Of a stretch of DNA of 64,000 nt, positions 45,980-53,624 are shown piece by piece; positions within the stretch are counted from its first letter, which is position 1; each line of letters begins with the position of its first letter. Source of the stretch: Oligoflexia bacterium. GTDB taxonomy: Bacteria > Bdellovibrionota > UBA1018 > CAIPTA01 > JAALKR01. The notes below the pieces were generated by a model that saw nothing but the letters and a program-made list of their open reading frames with translations, was not told where the DNA came from and searched no databases. The translations under genes and the position numbers were made by a program. The stretch spans positions 2,239 to 66,238 of the forward strand of contig JAALKR010000009.1 in NCBI GenBank assembly GCA_011087955.1, in the 5' to 3' direction.

Positions 45980-46977
45980 TTGCATGTTTTCGAGGCTGGA
46001 TAAGAGCTTTGTGCCTTTCCGCTATTGCATTGATGGTCTTTACAGCTTGTGCAGACCCAGGCTTTGTTCAACGAGTGGATTCGGCACCCCAAATTCGATC
46101 TAACCGATCCTATACGGTGCAGGATTTAGTTTCTGGAAAAGCAGAGATTCTCTGGGTCATCGATAATTCCATTTCTATGGGGCCGTACCAGAATGAACTA
46201 ATGCGTAATATGGATATTTTCATCCGCTCCTTTACACAGACGGCGACTGGCGCAGATTGGCGTATGGGACTCATTTCTACAGATCAGTCGGAACCCCCAT
46301 ATATTGGGTTTATGCCGTCAGATCGCTTAGACCATACCAGCCCAGACCCGGTAGGACAGTTTAGCTCTGCGATTCGACGGCTAGGCGTTAATGGCTCTAT
46401 TACAGAGAAAGCGTTTCGCCCAATTGACATTGCTCTGACGAATTATCCTGATTTCTTGCGAGACGCTTCGGAACTCTTCATTGTCATAGTGAGTGATGAA
46501 GATGAGCAGAGTAGTATTAGTGTGCAGGGTTTTATCAATTGGTTACATACAATTCGTCCACCGGGTTCTATCTCTACGTACGGGATTTTTGAAATGCAAG
46601 AAAGTGGCTGTGGTTCAACACAATTCCAGGGCAAGCGCTATGGGGAGCTTATGAGACTCACCAACGGTTTGACCTTTCCAATTTGTTCGAGAGATTACGG
46701 AAACGGTTTAGCGGCATTTGGTGCGGATATCGCGCAAAAAATTGTCATACCTAAGATTTATCTAGAAGTGGCTCCCATTGTGGAAACTATTCAGGTGCTC
46801 TATGAGGGAACTATGGTGAAGGACGGCTCAGCCGAAGATGGTGGCTATTGGATGTATAATACGGAAGACAACGCTATTTTCTTTCATGATCTAAGTTTCC
46901 TCAGTGGGTCCGATACCGCAACCGAAAATGTTCAGGTCCTATTTGAGCAAGTTCCACCCCCCCCAATTGAAAACTGA
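45970..46977 (+). CDS. Lipoprotein with von Willebrand factor A-like domain
   Basis: Lipobox 'LMVFTAC' and MIDAS-like 'ILWVIDNSISMGPY' (DxSxS), with later 'IVIVSDEDEQS'. ATG 45970 was chosen and overlaps the upstream gene by 10 nt. Confidence 0.65.
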   Translation: MFIVACFRGWIRALCLSAIALMVFTACADPGFVQRVDSAPQIRSNRSYTVQDLVSGKAEILWVIDNSISMGPYQNELMRNMDIFIRSFTQTATGADWRMGLISTDQSEPPYIGFMPSDRLDHTSPDPVGQFSSAIRRLGVNGSITEKAFRPIDIALTNYPDFLRDASELFIVIVSDEDEQSSISVQGFINWLHTIRPPGSISTYGIFEMQESGCGSTQFQGKRYGELMRLTNGLTFPICSRDYGNGLAAFGADIAQKIVIPKIYLEVAPIVETIQVLYEGTMVKDGSAEDGGYWMYNTEDNAIFFHDLSFLSGSDTATENVQVLFEQVPPPPIEN

Positions 46978-47082
46978 AAACTGATAATAAGTAGCATAGA
47001 TAACTTGTGTAACCATATCGTCAAATTTAGCATACTATAAGACCTTGATTTGACATGGAATTTACGTTAACCTCGCCCAAAG

Positions 47083-47751
47083 ATGGCAAAGAAGAAAACT
47101 TCCAAATCCAAAAAAATCTTGAAAGCAAAAACTGTAGGAGTTGCAAAGAAAGCCTCCGCTGAAAAGAAAGTAGTAGCTAAAGTAGCAGGCAGAGTTGCCG
47201 CTAAAAGGGCCCTATCTAAGAAAACTGCTACCAAAAAAATTACGGTTAAGAAGGCTGCTGCCGACAAAACCATAACCAAGAAAAAAGCCAAAGCCAAAGC
47301 CAAAGCCAAAGCTAAAAAGACTACAGCAGCCCAGAAGACTAGAGCAGTGAAGGCGAAAAGTGCGGCGTTCGCTGCAGTAGAGAACCCAGAATTAGAACTT
47401 GCACCAGTTGAAACTCCCGTGGAGGCCAAGATGACAGAAAAAGTAGCGAAAAAGCCGAAGAAAGTAGCAAAAAAACGAGGCAAACGGAAAACCAAGAAGT
47501 CCTCTGTAGCGGAGCAAGAGGGATTTACTTGGCAGGGCCTGAATGATCATTTGGCAGAGGTGGAAGCAGGTTCCTATAGGATCGATGGACAGTTTGATGT
47601 CGGACAGAAAATTTCTCATAAAAAATTTGGTCTTGGGTTTGTTGTTCGCTTAGTTCCGCCAAATAAAATGGATGTCATATTTGAAAATGAGACCAGGTTG
47701 CTCATCAAAGGTCAGCAAGAAATTACTGATGAGATTTTTGGTTTAGAATAA
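47083..47751 (+). CDS. Histone H1-like Lys/Ala-rich protein with C-terminal DUF3553-like domain
   Basis: The N-terminal roughly 140 aa is almost entirely K/A/T/V ('AKKKTSKSKKILKAKTVGVAKKASAEKKVVAKVAGRVAAKR', 'KKAKAKAKAKAKK'). The C-terminal 'FDVGQKISHKKFGLGFVVRLVPPNKMDVIFENETRLL' matches the F-x-G-x-x-V-x-H-x-x-F-G-x-G pattern found at PcrA/UvrD C termini and in DUF3553. Confidence 0.7.
   Translation: MAKKKTSKSKKILKAKTVGVAKKASAEKKVVAKVAGRVAAKRALSKKTATKKITVKKAAADKTITKKKAKAKAKAKAKKTTAAQKTRAVKAKSAAFAAVENPELELAPVETPVEAKMTEKVAKKPKKVAKKRGKRKTKKSSVAEQEGFTWQGLNDHLAEVEAGSYRIDGQFDVGQKISHKKFGLGFVVRLVPPNKMDVIFENETRLLIKGQQEITDEIFGLE
47287..47316. repeat. Hexanucleotide tandem repeat (GCCAAA)4 + GCTAAA encoding (AK)n
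   Basis: Counted directly. The tract is in frame within the H1-like gene. Confidence 0.9.
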
Positions 47752-47808
47752 AAAAAGCGCTAGCCGGAATTTGACTGAAGTAGCTTTCCGCTTAGGCGAG
47801 GCGACTTT

Positions 47809-48384
47809 CTACTTTGACTCTTCTTGCGATGACTTAAACTGGATATCGTATTTCTTTACCAATGCAACCATCTTAGGTTTTGTTTTCCCCATGCACTCTC
47901 GCTGTTTTTCAGGATTTAGCACTCCCATGCATTCCTTGATACTTGGACCTAATTCTTTTTCGCAATCTTTGAAGAAAGCAGGGGCTACAAGCTTTACAGC
48001 GCGTCCAGCGGCTAGTATTGAATCTTGCACCTTTCGTTTGAAGTCGCCATATTCGCCAGCTTTCCGTTTAGCCCCTTTTTCTTGAGCCTCTTTTGCCAGT
48101 TTTATCATTTTGTCTGCGGCAGCTAATATTTTTTTGTCCACATTTTTGGAAAAGACGGGCATCACTTTCTTCCCAGCTTTTTGAGTTGGAGCATATCGGG
48201 TTCGGACAATCATCATCCCCAAGTTGCCACAGGATGCCTCCACCGCATTCCGCATATCTATTTTCGGGTTTTGGTCGTCCTTAGAGCTGGCTTCTTTCTT
48301 ATCACAGGCAGCAAGGAAAGAGCTAAGCAAAGCGAGGGGAATAATTACGCGTGGATACATGGGGGTCTCCTTTGACTTCTTCAT
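47809..48384 (-). CDS. Lipoprotein, unknown function (191 aa)
   Basis: Lipobox 'LSSFLAAC'. The mature part is Lys-rich and helical with several Cys. Confidence 0.6.
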   Translation of the reverse strand: MKKSKETPMYPRVIIPLALLSSFLAACDKKEASSKDDQNPKIDMRNAVEASCGNLGMMIVRTRYAPTQKAGKKVMPVFSKNVDKKILAAADKMIKLAKEAQEKGAKRKAGEYGDFKRKVQDSILAAGRAVKLVAPAFFKDCEKELGPSIKECMGVLNPEKQRECMGKTKPKMVALVKKYDIQFKSSQEESK

Positions 48385-48459
48385 CTTCTTCTACCACCCT
48401 ATTGTATCGGATTTCGACACACTCTCGGTTCCGGTAAGGTGTAGAAAAATGAAAATATT

Positions 48460-49620
48460 TCAGATAAAGGTCTTCTTTTTAATCTTCTCAATCATAATTT
48501 TTTCGAAGCAAAGTGGGTCTTTTGCGTCTACAGAGAAAAAGGCCTGCTGTTCACAACGAATTTTATTCTTAACTAGCCAACGCAGGATATCCGAAAGTTT
48601 TTTATTCCTTCGATCTCGAAAGAACGGATCATTAGCTAGTGCATCTTTTGCCTTTTTCAAGGCACGTAGCTCACCCTTATCCATTTTCTTTACATTGTAG
48701 CAATCTAGATCATATTTTTTAACGTCTTCCGGGAGCACACCAAGGAATCGAACTTTTGGAGCAGAGAAATCGGAATTTCGAATGAGCGAAGCGGCCGATC
48801 CAGCTTTTAATGTGCGGTAAATATTTTGCAGAGTATATGCGTCGAGGTCACCACAGAAATAAATTGGAACTTTAAGCTGCTCTTGAATCGTTTTCGTCCA
48901 ACCACGTACGGCGTTCGACGGAACACCAGCAGCCCCCATAAGGATGCAATTATGCCGCTTTGTCATGCCCATCGAAGCTAAGGTATTTGCTGTGCCTTCC
49001 GATTCAAGGATTAGGCAGAAATCAATTTTCTTCTTAGCTTTTAGCTTCAATGATTGCGGCTTGTTCTTGGGCTGGAACGGAGTTGTACCGAGGCTAGATA
49101 GATCGATCGTTGCTTTTTCTCCATCAGGAAGAATTTCTGTCACGATCAAAGCTTGCGAATAGGTTTGACCGCCGCGGTCGTTTGCATAACAATTGAGTTC
49201 CTCCCGGTACACTTCCAACATATCGCAAATGAACTCAATAATTGGATCACTTTCATTTTGGTCCTCAAAATCGATCGCACCATATTTTAAATTATCACGA
49301 ACTAAACCTTTGGCACGGTAATAGAGCTCTCTTTTTGTATTCACCGCACCAATGTCAATATTGTTCAGGAGTAGCTCCAAAAAGAAGACAACTCGGGAAA
49401 GCTTTTGCACAGAGCTTACATTTAGCTCCGTACGAATTTTTTTCTTACCTGGTGTAAGGTAGCCGATCGATGGTGAATAAATAGAATTGTCTAGCGAACA
49501 TTTAATAGCTTGTAGCTCGGGACGCTTAGCTTGTTCAAGGGTTTGTAACATATCATCGCAAAGGCTTTTGGCAATTTTAGGTATGTTTTTGGTCTGTTTA
49601 CGAATTTTAAGTAGTGTCAT
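48460..49620 (-). CDS. top6A: Type IIB DNA topoisomerase VI subunit A (Spo11/Top6A family)
   Basis: Catalytic-Tyr motif 'TKRELYYRAKG'. Toprim Glu 'FCLILESEGTANTL' and DxD 'IYFCGDLDAYTLQNIY'. Also 'GAAGVPSNAVRGW' and C-terminal 'KIRCEQQAFF'. 386 aa. ATG is preceded by AGGGGAA, 12 nt after the top6B stop. Confidence 0.88.
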   Translation of the reverse strand: MTLLKIRKQTKNIPKIAKSLCDDMLQTLEQAKRPELQAIKCSLDNSIYSPSIGYLTPGKKKIRTELNVSSVQKLSRVVFFLELLLNNIDIGAVNTKRELYYRAKGLVRDNLKYGAIDFEDQNESDPIIEFICDMLEVYREELNCYANDRGGQTYSQALIVTEILPDGEKATIDLSSLGTTPFQPKNKPQSLKLKAKKKIDFCLILESEGTANTLASMGMTKRHNCILMGAAGVPSNAVRGWTKTIQEQLKVPIYFCGDLDAYTLQNIYRTLKAGSAASLIRNSDFSAPKVRFLGVLPEDVKKYDLDCYNVKKMDKGELRALKKAKDALANDPFFRDRRNKKLSDILRWLVKNKIRCEQQAFFSVDAKDPLCFEKIMIEKIKKKTFI

Positions 49621-49632
49621 TTCTAATTTCCC

Positions 49633-51270
49633 CTAGCTATTGCGACGAGCGGCTTCTTTTGTTTTTAGTACATCAAGTTTTGTCTTTGCCTCTTCGAGTT
49701 CTTTCTTAGCGTCTCGTGTGTCACGTCCTAATAATTTGGCCAAACCCTCTTCTGCTTTTTTGGTTCGCGACTTTGGCGCTTTAGCAATACGGCCGAGAAT
49801 ATCGATTAGGATTGGACCGAATTTCTCGATATGAGCTATTTTCTTTTCAAGCTGAGATTCTTTATGTTCACGTCGAATATGGCGTGAAAGCTTTTGTCCC
49901 GCTTGCATCAACGCCCGGCGAATCTCTTCAATGAGTTCTTCCGAAGAGTCGATTGTTTCTTTGGACGCATTCTTAAATTTAATAAAGGGAGAAGTTATGG
50001 AAATAGCAAAAACGTATGGACCAAGTGGAATAGAACGCTTTGGTTGAGTAACTCCATAGGATCGCCAATTTACAGTTTCTAGTGCTTGTGTAATGGCACA
50101 GCCTCCTTTATCAAACTGAAGCGGTACTCGATTGGCAAAGCGCAAAAGTTGTACTGGTTCATCGGCGTCCCCGCGATTAATAAATCGAGCTAGAGCCACT
50201 TCCACCACGACTGGCTTGAAATCACAAATCCGAGGCTTACGCGTTACTACAGACATGAAGTCGACTTCACCCAGACGAGCAATCGACTTCGCAAGATTAG
50301 CTTCACCAATGGTAAGTACTGATTGTGTACTCGGATTCATTAAGTCCGTGCTTTGAATCGCCTGGAAGCAAGCTTTGTATTGATCCTGCGATAATTGAAT
50401 GACACGTTTCTTTAATACATTTTTAGGTAAACCAGCAGAGACAAACGCTTTGATAGTTTGGTCTGTAACGCGGGAAAAGCCTTTCTTTAGGAAGGACGAG
50501 AGCGGTGTGTTGTCATAAAGATGGGCATGGCCAATAAATTCTCCAAGCTTCATTGTGTGAGGGTGGGGGAGCGTTGCCGGTGGGATTTTTGGAATATCCG
50601 ATCGCACACGTTCGATCTTAACCCAGTCGTTTTCGAGTAATTTATAATTGATATCGAGGTGTGGGTTCACAAGAGTTGTGCCTTCAAGGTAAGTCAGCAA
50701 ACCACCGTCACCATTTAACTGAACCCGTCCATCAATGCGGAACTCTACCTTTACACCGTGGGGCTTATTCCAATCAATGGTGCTCTTCTTTTTGATGATT
50801 CCTTTATTGCCTTTGATATTAACGTTGATGAGGGCTTTAACGGCTTTACGCATTCGTTTCGTTTTGGAAGTAACCGTAACCCCTTTGGCGTTTGTAAGTT
50901 GTGCCCAAGTGACGGATGCGGAAATACCAATCCCTTGCTGGCCACGAGAACATTGTCCGCGACCAAACTTAGAGGAGGCAAGGTATTCGCCAAATACTTT
51001 CGGTAATTCTTCTAACTCGAGACCAGGGCCATTGTCTTCAATAATGAGCTCTACAAGATCTGTATTGCGCCCTGACCCCTTGCCAACTTTCTTTATTGTA
51101 ATATTAAGTTCCGGGAGAATGCCTGCTACTTCGCATGCGTCGAGCGCATTATCAACAGCTTCTTTCAATGTGGTAAGGACAGCCTTCGTCGGAGAAGAGA
51201 AGCCAACTTGCTGCAGATTTTTGGCAAAATACTCTGCCGTAGAGCTGGTAGTAATTTTAGGCTTCGTCAA
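49633..51270 (-). CDS. top6B: Type IIB DNA topoisomerase VI subunit B (GHKL ATPase + transducer)
   Basis: Bergerat-fold motifs: N box 'LKEAVDNALDA', G1 'IEDNGPGL', G2 'SRGQQGIGIS'. The 545-aa length is typical of archaeal Top6B. TTG start at 51270 is preceded by AGGGGGGA. Confidence 0.88.
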   Translation of the reverse strand: MTKPKITTSSTAEYFAKNLQQVGFSSPTKAVLTTLKEAVDNALDACEVAGILPELNITIKKVGKGSGRNTDLVELIIEDNGPGLELEELPKVFGEYLASSKFGRGQCSRGQQGIGISASVTWAQLTNAKGVTVTSKTKRMRKAVKALINVNIKGNKGIIKKKSTIDWNKPHGVKVEFRIDGRVQLNGDGGLLTYLEGTTLVNPHLDINYKLLENDWVKIERVRSDIPKIPPATLPHPHTMKLGEFIGHAHLYDNTPLSSFLKKGFSRVTDQTIKAFVSAGLPKNVLKKRVIQLSQDQYKACFQAIQSTDLMNPSTQSVLTIGEANLAKSIARLGEVDFMSVVTRKPRICDFKPVVVEVALARFINRGDADEPVQLLRFANRVPLQFDKGGCAITQALETVNWRSYGVTQPKRSIPLGPYVFAISITSPFIKFKNASKETIDSSEELIEEIRRALMQAGQKLSRHIRREHKESQLEKKIAHIEKFGPILIDILGRIAKAPKSRTKKAEEGLAKLLGRDTRDAKKELEEAKTKLDVLKTKEAARRNS

Positions 51271-51289
51271 CGAATAATCCCCCCTGTGG

Positions 51290-51306
51290 CAATAGGAGCC
51301 CTATTG
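51290..51306. promoter_or_regulatory. Perfect 7-bp inverted repeat CAATAGG-AGC-CCTATTG upstream of top6B
   Basis: Read directly. It lies 20-36 nt upstream of the top6B start on the coding strand. Function unknown. Confidence 0.25.
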
Positions 51307-51436
51307 ATTATATAATTCAAATAGTAGGGATTTTTTTTAGAGCTGACAAGGTATATGCGAATTTAGACGCGATCTGCACAGGCGGCAGCCTTATTAGGCG
51401 CCTATCGCAGACCATTCCGGCACCTGTCGTCGTAAA

Positions 51437-52108
51437 CTATTCGGCGCTTGTCGCCGATCCAGGCTTATTGCCTGCACTTGGTTTGGGCGCAAAGGTGCCG
51501 TTCTTTATGCGAGCAATTGCTCCTTGGCAGACGATCGAATTGAGGCCAATACCAATACCTGCGGATCCGGTCGCTTCATCGCCACAGATACCTTGTGCAA
51601 TTTGAAAATTACTCAACTCTGGCTCTAGAGAATCCCCAAAGGGTTTCTTTTCGCTTCGACCTAATGTTTCAAGAGCGCTCTGATCCGCTTGTTCATAGAT
51701 ACTGGAGACTACGTCAGAAAAATTTTGTGACACTAACCAGAGATTGATTAAGGAGCCAAATTTTTTCGAAAACTGATCGCAGGCATGTTTATTGTCCGGC
51801 TGATTCTCAAAGCAATAACTGTGATAGGCTTTGGCCTGGAGTGGGAGCTCTTCGAGCTCAGTAATTTTGTCAAATTCAATTTTTGTGGCATTTGGGGCGA
51901 AAGAGGCGACATATGCAGCGACTATTTTGTAATCATTTTCGGCAGCCTTTTGTTGGGCACTTACTACGCGCATAAACGCAGCCCTTTTATTGGGCTCCAT
52001 ATCTTTCGCAAATTTATTTTGAATTCCTTGTAGGACAGCGGCCTCTATATCACCGGCTGAGAAGAAAATAAGGATTAGGGCAGCGGATAGTTTTAATGCA
52101 GTATTCAT
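51437..52108 (-). CDS. Hypothetical secreted protein (about 223 aa)
   Basis: Signal peptide 'LKLSAALILIFFSAGDIEA'. ATG 52108 is preceded by AGGAG. No family recognised. Confidence 0.6.
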   Translation of the reverse strand: MNTALKLSAALILIFFSAGDIEAAVLQGIQNKFAKDMEPNKRAAFMRVVSAQQKAAENDYKIVAAYVASFAPNATKIEFDKITELEELPLQAKAYHSYCFENQPDNKHACDQFSKKFGSLINLWLVSQNFSDVVSSIYEQADQSALETLGRSEKKPFGDSLEPELSNFQIAQGICGDEATGSAGIGIGLNSIVCQGAIARIKNGTFAPKPSAGNKPGSATSAE

Positions 52109-52206
52109 ATGAACTCCTACCTGTAGCACTTATCGGATCATTCGTCCCTGTAATTTAGGCCCGAAAGGATTTAGGGGAGGAAAACTTGTAATTTCGGTTA
52201 CTTGGG

Positions 52207-53613
52207 TTACATCTGGCGCGCGCGTTTTTGCACAGCGAGAGCGGCTTCTCGCATCACTTCTGCAAGTGTTGGGTGAGCATGGAAAGAGCGGGCGATATCT
52301 TCTGAGGTCGCCGCAAATTCCATTGCTATAACAGCTTCGGCAATCATGTCTGAAGCTCTTGCTCCAAGGATGTGTACACCTAAAACTCGGTCTGTATCGG
52401 CGTCTGCAATAATTTTCACCATGCCTTGTGTGGACCCCATTGCTCTTGCGCGACCATTAGCCATAAATGGAAAAGTGCCAACGCTCAGTTTCTTCCCTGT
52501 GGCTTTCCCTTCCTCTTCCGTCATACCGACACTCGCAAGCTCGGGCCAAGTATAAATCACACTAGGAACAGTATTATAATTTACGTGCCCATGACCGTTA
52601 GCAATAATTTCTGCCACTGAAATACCTTCTTCCTCCGCCTTATGGGCGAGCATGGGGCCGCGAACTAAATCACCGATTGCATAAACATTTGGAACGTTAG
52701 TCTGGAAACGATCATTAATTTTTACAAAGCCACGCTGGTCCTTTTTGATACCCAAAGCCTCTAAACCGAGGCCTTCAGAATAGGGGCGACGCCCGATCGA
52801 AACTAAAACACGGTCAGCATTAATATTGAATTTTTCATCTTTTGAGTTGTTTACTACAGTTACGTCCACGTCCCCTGGGCCTTTTACGTTCACGCCCGTC
52901 ACGGCAGAATTTAAATGAAACTCAAAGCCTTGATTTTTTAGTACTTTCTGTAGCTCTTTACACATCTGTGTATCCATGCTGCCCGCAAGTTTATCCGTAA
53001 ACTCTACGACAGTAACTTTTGCGCCTAGACGGAGCCAAACGGAGCCAAGCTCAAGGCCAATTACCCCTCCGCCAACTACGACCATATTTTTTGGTACCTT
53101 TTCAAAGGACAGTGCTTCTGTAGAGGTCAAAACATTTGTGCCATCAGTTTTTAGGGCTGGTGACACTGTAGGTACAGATCCAGTAGCGAGCATAATATTT
53201 TTAGCCGAATATTTCGTTTTCATATCCAAGAGATCGGTGACTTCTACCTCATTGGGAGCGGTCAACACGCCAAAGCCATGGATCGAAGTGATTTTATTCT
53301 TTTTAAATAAGAAAGCGATGCCATCCGTTAAATCTTTGACGATCTTATTTTTTCGTTTCATCATTTTTGAAATATCAATCTTTAGATTTGAGACTTCAAT
53401 TCCATGATGTGAAAACCCTGATTGCGCTTCTGAGAAATGCTCGGAAGAGTCGAGCAAGGCTTTTGAAGGAATACAACCGACGTTTAGGCAAGTTCCGCCA
53501 AAAGTAGGGTTCTTCTCAACTACACCAACCTTCAAACCTAATTGGGCCGCACGAATTGCGCCCGTATAGCCGCCTGGCCCAGAGCCAATAATTAAGAGAT
53601 CAAAGTCTGCCAT
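52207..53613 (-). CDS. lpdA: Dihydrolipoyl dehydrogenase (E3)
   Basis: FAD-binding 'IIGSGPGGY', redox-active disulfide 'GGTCLNVGCIPSK', NAD site 'VVGGGVIGLE', and interface domain 'HAHPTLAE'. Confidence 0.93.
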   Translation of the reverse strand: MADFDLLIIGSGPGGYTGAIRAAQLGLKVGVVEKNPTFGGTCLNVGCIPSKALLDSSEHFSEAQSGFSHHGIEVSNLKIDISKMMKRKNKIVKDLTDGIAFLFKKNKITSIHGFGVLTAPNEVEVTDLLDMKTKYSAKNIMLATGSVPTVSPALKTDGTNVLTSTEALSFEKVPKNMVVVGGGVIGLELGSVWLRLGAKVTVVEFTDKLAGSMDTQMCKELQKVLKNQGFEFHLNSAVTGVNVKGPGDVDVTVVNNSKDEKFNINADRVLVSIGRRPYSEGLGLEALGIKKDQRGFVKINDRFQTNVPNVYAIGDLVRGPMLAHKAEEEGISVAEIIANGHGHVNYNTVPSVIYTWPELASVGMTEEEGKATGKKLSVGTFPFMANGRARAMGSTQGMVKIIADADTDRVLGVHILGARASDMIAEAVIAMEFAATSEDIARSFHAHPTLAEVMREAALAVQKRARQM

Positions 53614-53624
53614 TCTTAAACCTA

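Noticed and set aside
47067-47495. 142-aa Ala/Phe/Leu-rich minus-strand ORF
   Set aside because: It is the mirror image of the Lys/Ala-rich H1-like coding region (AAG/GCN codons). The plus-strand ORF has the coherent domain structure.
50735-51277. 180-aa plus-strand ORF, plus other 60-150-aa ORFs overlapping long genes (e.g. 265-621, 9036-9437, 16608-16997, 17481-17924, 42694-43158, 45658-46092)
   Set aside because: All lie entirely within, and antisense or out of frame to, long ORFs with clear family signatures. None shows motifs or RBS/start context of its own.
47000-52200. Topo VI region as a mobile genomic island
   Set aside because: No integrase, transposase, tRNA target, direct flanking repeats or plasmid/phage genes are visible. 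Only a by-eye composition difference supports foreign origin, so no mobile element was called.
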